A stretch of DNA of 64,000 nucleotides from Clostridia bacterium (lineage in GTDB: Bacteria > Bacillota > Clostridia > Christensenellales > UBA3700), in contig JAIDUT010000065.1 of NCBI GenBank assembly GCA_029060065.1, positions 5,148 through 69,147 of the forward strand. Reading direction: 5' to 3'. The position numbers and the translations under genes are program-made. The notes beneath the pieces are model-generated. The model searched no databases and had not been told where the DNA came from. It worked only from the letters and a program-made list of their open reading frames with translations. Shown here piece by piece: positions 6,761-14,429 of this stretch. Position 1 is the first letter of the stretch, and each line of letters opens with the position of its first letter.

Positions 6761-9700
6761 ATGAAAGAAAAACTTGCAAAATTGACGGAGATGTTGCTAG
6801 ATACAGGCAAGCGCAACAATCTCATAAATTTCAGGGACAATAAAAGTAATACTTTAGAGGTGGTTTATCCCGATTTCAAAACGCTCTTTCACAAAGCTGA
6901 CGGCAACGTTGTCTTTGAAGTATTTGATCCTCAAATCGATGTGGACGAATTTGAGGACAGAATGAGCGAGGCAAAGCTCAAAGAGAAGTTAAAGGATAAG
7001 TCGCAGTACATAGATAATTACTGCAAGAAAATAAAAAAGGCAAATCAAATTCTTGTCTATAATAGGAACGTTACTCCGATCAAGGCAATGCGTAACGTTG
7101 AGAAGAGGGCAAAGACTGCCATTGAAGAAACTGGCGTAAACATTGCGTATATGGCGTTCGGCTTCATAACTTGGTATGAAGAACAATATCCCGATGTGAA
7201 ATACGATGCTCCGATATTGCTTGCTCCGATAAGTCTGTCCAAGTCGTCGAGCGTCGAACCGTATCGCGTAAAAGTTGCCGGCGACGATATTTTACTTAAT
7301 CCCACCTTTGCCTACAAGTTGCAAAGCGATTACAAGATAGACTTACCCGAATACGATGACGAGGGCATAGACGAATACTTGCAAAAAATCGAGGAAACGG
7401 TTAGCAAGCTCAAATGGCAAGTATCCAAGACGTGCAAGATAGGTCTTTTCTCTTTCTTGAAAATCAATATGTATATGGACCTAAAGGACAATGTCGACGC
7501 AGTATTGCAAAATACCAACGTCAGGTCTTTGTTGGGAGAGGGAAGAAACGCTACCTTTGAGCAGAAACTTCAAGAAGCGCAATTCAACGTAGTCGATGCC
7601 GACTCGTCGCAACTTCGCGCAATAGAAATGGCAAAGGCAGGCGAGAGTTTTGTTCTTCAAGGTCCTCCGGGGACAGGAAAGAGCCAAACTATTACCAATA
7701 TTATAGCCGAATGTATGGGCGACGGCAAAAAGGTGCTTTTCGTATCTGAGAAGCTCGCCGCACTCGACGTCGTATACAACAAACTTAAGCAAGCGGGACT
7801 TGAAGATTTTTGTTTGCAACTTCACTCGCATAAAGCAAATAAGCGAGATTTTATCCAAGAGCTATGCCGTACCATGCGCCTCAGCAAGAGCGGAGTATCT
7901 TCCAAGGCTAGCGAAGAGGAAGATAGATTAAATAAATCTCATATTATACTAGACAATTACGTAGACGTATTACACCGTCAAAACGACGTGATAGGCAAGT
8001 CGCTTTACGAACTTGTCGAAGAAGTTTGCGCGGACGAGGAAATGACAAGGCTGAATTTCTTTGTCGACGATATAGAAAATAAAGGCGAGAACTTTATTAA
8101 GTCCGCCGTTGATATGATAGATAGTTATGCGGAATACACTTCGTCAATAGGCTATGATTATAAGAACAATCCTTGGTACGGCTACATAAATGAAGATAAT
8201 TCGTATCAACAAAAATTCAAGACGCAATCGTCTTTGGAAAGCCTATCCAAAAAGATAGCGCAATGCAATACGTATGCGCAAAAACTCGCTAAAGAGTACG
8301 GCGTAGAGAATATCAAAACTTTGCAAGAACTCGGTTTGTACGCTAAACTGTTGGAGTTACTTGGAGCTTGTCAATATCTCACGGGAAATCTTCTTGACAA
8401 AAAGGCTTTGAGAAGCGTAATCGACAAGGTAATAAAATTACGTCCTATTGCCGACGAAATAAAGACTGTCGGGGATGCAATTAAGACAGACTACAACGAT
8501 GGAATATTCAAACTTGACGCTACGCAAGCAAGTAAAGTTTTGCAAAAGAACAGCGGTGCATTTGCAAGATTATTTTCAAAAGACTACAAGAGCCTTTTGA
8601 ACGAGATCAAAGCCGATAGCAAAAATGGCAAGGCAAGTTACAAAGACGCGTTGGTTTTGATAAAACTTTTGACGGAATATAACGACAAGATGTCGCAGTT
8701 TAGAAAGATAGAAGAGGGTGTCAAAGAAAAACTTTCGTCAAGCTACCACGGAGTAAATACCGACTGGCAGGAGCTTGACAAAGAACTTGCTACGCTGAGA
8801 GATTTGCTAGTCAAGATTGACGATTTCGGCAATCTTATCAATGCATTGGACGGAGAAGATTATTCTTACTACACAGAAGAATTTGCAAGTCTTGCAAAAG
8901 AAATGAGCGACTTACTCTCTAGCGTTGACGGCGAAGAAGTTGTCCAGTGTTTTGATAAAGACGTGTTCGATATTAATTCAACTCCATTTGAAGACGTTGA
9001 TAAAAAACTCAAAAGCTGTATACAGAACTTTGACACGCTTGATAGTTGGAGCGGATTTATTAGCGTATTGAGGTCCATGAACGAAAAGGACCTGACTAAG
9101 TATATTGACGTAGCGGTAAAGGAAGACGTTCTGCCTGCGGATATGTCGGCAGTATTCAAAAAGATATTCTACTCTCAATGGATAGACGTGATTATTCAAA
9201 GAGAAGAGTTTTTGCGCGTTCTGCCAAGAGTTGCGCACGACAAGACAGTGGGTATCTTTTGCGATAAGGATATACGCGGTTTTGAGATAAGCAAAGCCAA
9301 AGTAAGAGCTAAACTGTCGGCGTTGCGTCCCGACTTGAGCCTAGTTGCGCCGGGTAGCGCTGTAGCTAATCTTCTCAACGAGGGCGGTAAGAAGCGCAGA
9401 CAGAAGCCTATAAGGACTTTGATGTCGCAGATAAGAGAACTTGCGCAGAATCTTAAACCGTGCTTTTTGATGTCGCCTCTAAGCGTAAGCACGTTCTTGA
9501 CGCCCGACGTTAAGTTCGACGTAGTAGTATTCGACGAGGCTTCGCAGATATTCCCGCAAGACGCAATCGGCGCAATTTACAGAGGCAGACAGCTTATAGT
9601 CGTAGGCGACAGTAAGCAGATGCCACCTAGCAATTTCTTTACGTCGGTGGTAGAAGTTGACGACATGGAGGACGACGAGGACGTAAAGGACTTTGAATCC

Positions 9701-11329
9701 GTACTTGATTTGTGCTCCACCGTCATGCCTCAACTTAGGCTTAAATGGCACTATCGTAGCAGATACGAACAGCTTATAGAGTTTTCCAACAAGAATTTCT
9801 ATGAAGGCGACCTTGTTACTTTCCCTTCGTCCAAAATTGACAGAGAGGGCATAGGCGTAGATTTCAAGTATGTCGAGGGCGGTGTCTTTGACCATAAGAG
9901 CCGTACCAACAGAGCCGAGGCGGAGTATATTGTGGACTTAATCTTTGAGAATATAGAGAAGTATCCCGACAGAAGTCTTGGCGTAGTCGCGTTCAGTATA
10001 TCCCAACAAGACTTGATAGAACGGCTCTTGGCAAAGAGAAGATTGCAAGATAGCAAATACGAAGAGTTCTTTGCCGGCGACAAAGTCGAACCGTTCTTTA
10101 TCAAGAATTTGGAAACGGTGCAAGGCGACGAGAGAGACACCATTATTTTCAGCGTAGCATACGGTAAGGATAAAGACGGCAAGATGTCGCAAAACTTCGG
10201 ACCTATCAATAAAATGGGCGGAGAGCGCCGTCTTAACGTAGCTTTTACGAGAGCTAAGCTCAACGTTCAACTTGTAGCGTCGATTCACAGTTATGATATC
10301 AATCTCAAGAATTCCAACTCTTTGGGCGCAAGACTTCTAAGAGATTATATCGAGTTTGCGCAGAACGGTTCTACGGACTTTGTTCAAGATATGGCGGAAA
10401 GTGAAGATTGCCAAGCATTTGACTTTGAGATGCAAGTAGCCCAGTTCTTAAGGAGCAAGGGATACGAAGTCGACGTCAAGATAGGCGCATCGGCGGGAAG
10501 CGTGGATATAGGCGTCAAGGCGACGGGCGGTGACGACTACGTATTGGCGGTCGAGTGCGACGGCAGGTCATACAAGAGCGCAAAGAACACTCGCGACAGA
10601 GATAGACTTCGCGCAAGTATTTTGCAGAGAATGGGTTGGCATTATCACAGAGTATGGGCTATCGATTGGATAAAAAACAATAAGGACGAAAAGGACAGAC
10701 TTCTCAAAGCGCTGGAAGAAGCCTTGCAAGCTCCTGGTAACCACATCTCGCAGGAAGTTAATTCATTCGACGTTAATATCGACATGTTCGAGGAGGAGAA
10801 ACTGAGCGTAGACTTCAAATTCTCCGATTACGAAACAGCGGATATTCCGTCAGCCAAAAAGATAAGCAGGGGCGATTATCTCAAATACTTGCGATTGGTA
10901 CTGGAAAAGGAAGCTCCGCTATCCGAAGAACTCTTTTTGAAGAGGACGATACGCGACTTCGATAGAGAAAAACTTACCGACGCGGTATGGGAGAAATTCA
11001 ACAGACTTACTTCAAGATGCCAAAGCGAGGGTATATTCCGTAAGAGCGGATTTATGTATCTCAAAAACAGAGCAGTGGAGCTTCGCTTACCCGGCGGTAA
11101 CTTTGTCCGCGAAATAAAATATATCGCGCCTGAAGAACTTGCTGACGGAATGTATAAGGTTATTTGCAAGAATATCACTGTGGACAGAATGGGACTTTAT
11201 CGAATGCTTGCCAAGTTGCTCGGTTTTACCAAGTTGGGAGAGGCGATGATACGCAGGTTTGACGAAGCCTTGGCGCTCCTAAGAGGTAAAATAGATATAG
11301 AAGGCGAAGAACTTTCAATTCAGGGATAG
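6761..11329 (+). CDS. Large SF1 (Upf1-like) helicase: DUF4011-like N-terminus, split AAA_11/AAA_12 core, PD-(D/E)xK (DUF559/Vsr-like) nuclease domain and DUF3320-like C-terminus
   Basis: Walker A GPPGTGKSQT (about nt 7665). About 590 aa later come VVVFDEASQI, VVGDSKQMPP, TVQGDERDTIIFS and GERRLNVAFTRAK. Nuclease-like block VDIGV...LAVECDGRSYKSAKNTRDRDRLRASILQRMGWHYHRVWAIDW (about nt 10480-10680). Confidence 0.85.
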   Translation: MKEKLAKLTEMLLDTGKRNNLINFRDNKSNTLEVVYPDFKTLFHKADGNVVFEVFDPQIDVDEFEDRMSEAKLKEKLKDKSQYIDNYCKKIKKANQILVYNRNVTPIKAMRNVEKRAKTAIEETGVNIAYMAFGFITWYEEQYPDVKYDAPILLAPISLSKSSSVEPYRVKVAGDDILLNPTFAYKLQSDYKIDLPEYDDEGIDEYLQKIEETVSKLKWQVSKTCKIGLFSFLKINMYMDLKDNVDAVLQNTNVRSLLGEGRNATFEQKLQEAQFNVVDADSSQLRAIEMAKAGESFVLQGPPGTGKSQTITNIIAECMGDGKKVLFVSEKLAALDVVYNKLKQAGLEDFCLQLHSHKANKRDFIQELCRTMRLSKSGVSSKASEEEDRLNKSHIILDNYVDVLHRQNDVIGKSLYELVEEVCADEEMTRLNFFVDDIENKGENFIKSAVDMIDSYAEYTSSIGYDYKNNPWYGYINEDNSYQQKFKTQSSLESLSKKIAQCNTYAQKLAKEYGVENIKTLQELGLYAKLLELLGACQYLTGNLLDKKALRSVIDKVIKLRPIADEIKTVGDAIKTDYNDGIFKLDATQASKVLQKNSGAFARLFSKDYKSLLNEIKADSKNGKASYKDALVLIKLLTEYNDKMSQFRKIEEGVKEKLSSSYHGVNTDWQELDKELATLRDLLVKIDDFGNLINALDGEDYSYYTEEFASLAKEMSDLLSSVDGEEVVQCFDKDVFDINSTPFEDVDKKLKSCIQNFDTLDSWSGFISVLRSMNEKDLTKYIDVAVKEDVLPADMSAVFKKIFYSQWIDVIIQREEFLRVLPRVAHDKTVGIFCDKDIRGFEISKAKVRAKLSALRPDLSLVAPGSAVANLLNEGGKKRRQKPIRTLMSQIRELAQNLKPCFLMSPLSVSTFLTPDVKFDVVVFDEASQIFPQDAIGAIYRGRQLIVVGDSKQMPPSNFFTSVVEVDDMEDDEDVKDFESVLDLCSTVMPQLRLKWHYRSRYEQLIEFSNKNFYEGDLVTFPSSKIDREGIGVDFKYVEGGVFDHKSRTNRAEAEYIVDLIFENIEKYPDRSLGVVAFSISQQDLIERLLAKRRLQDSKYEEFFAGDKVEPFFIKNLETVQGDERDTIIFSVAYGKDKDGKMSQNFGPINKMGGERRLNVAFTRAKLNVQLVASIHSYDINLKNSNSLGARLLRDYIEFAQNGSTDFVQDMAESEDCQAFDFEMQVAQFLRSKGYEVDVKIGASAGSVDIGVKATGGDDYVLAVECDGRSYKSAKNTRDRDRLRASILQRMGWHYHRVWAIDWIKNNKDEKDRLLKALEEALQAPGNHISQEVNSFDVNIDMFEEEKLSVDFKFSDYETADIPSAKKISRGDYLKYLRLVLEKEAPLSEELFLKRTIRDFDREKLTDAVWEKFNRLTSRCQSEGIFRKSGFMYLKNRAVELRLPGGNFVREIKYIAPEELADGMYKVICKNITVDRMGLYRMLAKLLGFTKLGEAMIRRFDEALALLRGKIDIEGEELSIQG

Positions 11330-11357
11330 GAATAAGGTTTGCATAAAATTCACTTTT

Positions 11358-11375
11358 TGCGAATAAATATTCAAT
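11358..11375. promoter_or_regulatory. Candidate ARG box (ArgR/AhrC operator)
   Basis: TGCGAATAAATATTCAAT matches the 18-nt ARG-box consensus TNTGAATWWWWATTCANW at 17 of 18 positions. A weaker half-match (TGCATAAAATTCA) lies 5 nt upstream. Confidence 0.4.
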
Positions 11376-11493
11376 TATACGCTTGAAATTGCATAATATG
11401 CATAAATATACATATAAATGAAAATTTATGCAAAAATTATCGATATAAAGCATAAAAATAGCGAAAAAAACAAAAATTTGTGTATAAAAATAC

Positions 11494-11522
11494 TTGCATG
11501 CTTAACAAATCGGTGTTAGAAT
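11494..11522 (+). promoter_or_regulatory. Promoter (TTGCAT-17-TAGAAT) for the amino-acid ABC operon
   Basis: Hexamers at 11494-11499 and 11517-11522. Confidence 0.45.
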
Positions 11523-11555
11523 AAGAATACGATAAATTTATAAGAGGTTTATATT

Positions 11556-12440
11556 ATGAAAAAGAAAGTTTTAATAGCTCTTTTAGTAATTGCAATCGTA
11601 GGCGTAAGCTGTATGGCATTCGCAGGTTGCGACGGCAATGGAAAAGAGTTCGATAATCTTAACAAGAGTGAAATCAAAGTCGGATACCAGACCGGTACGA
11701 CAGGACAGTTCTACACAGAGGAGTATGATAATTTAACTCCTAAGGACTATACCAACGCAATGCTTGCCGTACAAGATATGGTCAACGGCAGAATAGATTA
11801 CGTCATAACCGATATTGCTCCCGCAAAGGCCATTGCTTCCACAAGAAGTATGAAAAAGAAAGTTAAAGTAATAGACATCGGATTGACTGAAGAAGAGTAC
11901 TGCTTTGCAATCAACCCCAACGATACTAAGGGTATTAAGGAGAAACTTAACAAGTTCTTAAGCGATAATGCCAATAAATTAAAAGAACTTCAAAATAAGT
12001 ATATCCAAGGTACCAATGAGAAAAAGATTATCTATTCGGCAAAGAATCCTACCAATCCTTTGACTGTCGCAACAAGCGCAGACTTCCCACCGTTTGAGAA
12101 CGTAAGCGGAGACGGCTATGAGGGATACGACCTTGAAGTTATGGCTATGTTCTGCGAAGCGTACGGATTTGATTTGGTAATCAACAATATGGAATTTGAG
12201 GCAATCGTACTGGACGTAAATCAAGGAAAGTCAGATATAGGCGCGGCAGCAATGACTTGGAATGAAGATAGAGCAAAAAGCGTAAAATTCTCTAATTCTT
12301 ATTATGACGCAACGCAAGTAATTATCTGCTTGAAAGGTGACACTACATTTGATAATTGCAAGACAAAAGATGACGTAGAGAAGATATTGAAAATTCTTGC
12401 TACGGGCGCAAAAAACGAAACTGTTAGCGGACAAGAATAA
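11556..12440 (+). CDS. Polar amino-acid ABC transporter substrate-binding lipoprotein (SBP_bac_3-like, with segments in permuted order)
   Basis: Lipobox FAGC. The lobe-2-like segment IKVGYQTGTTGQ...VNGRIDYVITD precedes the normally N-terminal segment LTVATSADFPPFE...GYDLEV...MTWNEDRAKSVKFSNSYY. Confidence 0.75.
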   Translation: MKKKVLIALLVIAIVGVSCMAFAGCDGNGKEFDNLNKSEIKVGYQTGTTGQFYTEEYDNLTPKDYTNAMLAVQDMVNGRIDYVITDIAPAKAIASTRSMKKKVKVIDIGLTEEEYCFAINPNDTKGIKEKLNKFLSDNANKLKELQNKYIQGTNEKKIIYSAKNPTNPLTVATSADFPPFENVSGDGYEGYDLEVMAMFCEAYGFDLVINNMEFEAIVLDVNQGKSDIGAAAMTWNEDRAKSVKFSNSYYDATQVIICLKGDTTFDNCKTKDDVEKILKILATGAKNETVSGQE

Positions 12441-13153
12441 TGTCGATAGATTTGAAAGAATCGTGGGAGATATTCCACACTGAATTCGTAGTTAATCGCG
12501 GATATACGAGGGTGTTGAGCGGATTGCAAAGCACCCTCATTATTGCCGTCTTGGGACTTATTATCGGTATAGTCTTGGGTACGGTACTTGCCGTCACAAA
12601 GGTTATACCGCAGAAGAGCAAAAGCGCAAAAGTTTTTTCTCACTTGACTGATATCTACGTTGGGCTATTCAGAGGCACGCCTATGGTAGTTCAATTACTT
12701 GTAATGTACTACGTACTGTTTCCGCTCATAGGACTTGCCAAAATTCCCGCGCTTACAGTGGCAATTATGGCTTTCGGTATGAACAGCGGTGCATACGTCT
12801 GCGAGATAATGCGTAGCGGTATACTATCCGTTGACAAAGGTCAAATGGAAGCCGGCAGAGCCTTGGGTATGAGTTACGGCAGAACTATGCTAAAAGTAGT
12901 TATACCTCAAGCCGTCAAGAATATACTTCCCACGCTTGGCAATGAATTTATATCCCTTGTCAAAGAAACGTCTGTGGTTTCTTTTATCACCGTAATCGAT
13001 TTGACAAAATCATTCCAGCAAATCGGCTCGGCTACATATGAGTACTTCATACCTTACATAGTGCTTGCGCTTTGTTATTTGGTAATAGTCTATATAATTA
13101 CGCTTGTCGTAAAATTGATTGAAAGGAGAATGAGAGCAAGTGACAGAAGATAA
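12440..13153 (+). CDS. Polar amino-acid ABC transporter permease (HisM/GlnP type)
   Basis: EAA-like loop [23 protein letters not shown], multiple TM segments, TAATG overlap with the binding-protein gene. Confidence 0.9.
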   Translation: MSIDLKESWEIFHTEFVVNRGYTRVLSGLQSTLIIAVLGLIIGIVLGTVLAVTKVIPQKSKSAKVFSHLTDIYVGLFRGTPMVVQLLVMYYVLFPLIGLAKIPALTVAIMAFGMNSGAYVCEIMRSGILSVDKGQMEAGRALGMSYGRTMLKVVIPQAVKNILPTLGNEFISLVKETSVVSFITVIDLTKSFQQIGSATYEYFIPYIVLALCYLVIVYIITLVVKLIERRMRASDRR

Positions 13154-14195
13154 ACAAGTTATGCCTAAAGAACTTGTCTACGTGTCCGACGATATAGTCA
13201 ACGTGGGCATCGGCGTAGTAATAGACGTGCAGAATATCTACAAGTACTTTGGAGCTCTTAAGGTGCTCAACGGCATCTCCTGCTCAATCAAGAAGGGCGA
13301 GAAAGTGGCGATTATAGGTCCGTCGGGTAGCGGTAAGAGTACTTTGCTCAGATGTATGAACTTACTTGAAGAACCTACTTTCGGCGAGGTATGGCTTGAC
13401 GACAGTATAATTACTCCAGTTGACCCGTATCTTCATAAGAGTATACTTACAGCTTCCAATACGTATAAAAAGCTCATTGTCGAAGAGATTAAGAAGATAC
13501 TCAACAAGTCCGAAAAAGACAAGCTCAAATATGAGGAAGCAATCAAGAGCGTTGATAGAGATACCCTTGAAGAACTTTCCTACAAGGTCTTGGAGCAAAT
13601 TAAGTCGCAAGATATGCTCAAAAAACGCGAGGGCGTAGCATTTAACAAAGCTATCAAGGCTTATCGCGCTAGATACGGCGTGAATATCAACAAGGCAAGA
13701 CAGCGCGTTGGTATGGTATTCCAACACTTTAATCTTTTCAACAACCTAACGATATTGCAAAATATGATTCTCTCTCCGGTCGGGCTTAAACTCAAGAGTA
13801 AAGAAGAGGCTACGCAAAAAGCGTTGAAGCTATTGGAGAGAATAGGACTTCTTGACAAGAAAGACGAATACCCGTCCAAACTTTCCGGCGGTCAAAAGCA
13901 GAGAGTGGCTATTGCCAGAGCTCTCGTTATGGACCCCGAAGTAATGCTATTTGACGAACCTACTTCCGCGCTCGATCCCGAAATGGTCGGGGAAGTGCTT
14001 GCTCTTATCAAGGATTTGGCAAACGAAGGAATGACAATGGTTATCGTCACTCACGAAATGGGCTTTGCAAAAGAGGTCGCCAATAGAGTGCTTTTCCTCG
14101 ACGGCGGAAATATCGTAGAAGAGAATACCCCCGAAGAACTCTTTAACAATCCGCAGAACGAAAGACTTAAAGACTTTTTATCTAAAGTATTGTAA
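13140..14195 (+). CDS. Polar amino-acid ABC transporter ATP-binding protein with a roughly 85-aa insertion
   Basis: Walker [11 protein letters not shown]-loop [10 protein letters not shown], signature [15 protein letters not shown], Walker [12 protein letters not shown]-loop VTHEM. 351 aa against roughly 240-250 typical. The start is ambiguous (GTG 13140 or ATG 13161). Confidence 0.9.
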   Translation: MTEDKQVMPKELVYVSDDIVNVGIGVVIDVQNIYKYFGALKVLNGISCSIKKGEKVAIIGPSGSGKSTLLRCMNLLEEPTFGEVWLDDSIITPVDPYLHKSILTASNTYKKLIVEEIKKILNKSEKDKLKYEEAIKSVDRDTLEELSYKVLEQIKSQDMLKKREGVAFNKAIKAYRARYGVNINKARQRVGMVFQHFNLFNNLTILQNMILSPVGLKLKSKEEATQKALKLLERIGLLDKKDEYPSKLSGGQKQRVAIARALVMDPEVMLFDEPTSALDPEMVGEVLALIKDLANEGMTMVIVTHEMGFAKEVANRVLFLDGGNIVEENTPEELFNNPQNERLKDFLSKVL

Positions 14196-14210
14196 TCCTC
14201 AAACCACCTA

Positions 14211-14252
14211 TTCATTTCGACTGAAGTGTAGCGGAATGGAGAAATCTCAAAC
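14211..14252 (+). repeat. Dispersed small repeat, copy A (TTCATTTCGACTGAAGT...GAGAAATCTCAAAC)
   Basis: Shares TCATTTCGA..GAAGT and GAAATCTCAA blocks with the 49053-49084 copy. Begins 16 nt after a stop codon. Confidence 0.6.
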
Positions 14253-14343
14253 TTATTCTTATAATGATTGTTAATTTTTTATCAAATTTTAGCGTTATTT
14301 TTACAAATTTCCAAATTTTGGTGCAAGAAAATTAAAAATTACA

Positions 14344-14372
14344 TTGACAATACTAAGTTTTGTATGTTAAAT
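14344..14372 (+). promoter_or_regulatory. Promoter (TTGACA-17-TTAAAT) for the giant surface-protein operon
   Basis: Hexamers at 14344-14349 and 14367-14372 in an AT-rich region. Confidence 0.45.
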
Positions 14373-14429
14373 TAAGATTGTATAAATTTATTTATATTAG
14401 ATTTTCTCAAACATTCAGGAGGGGGATTT

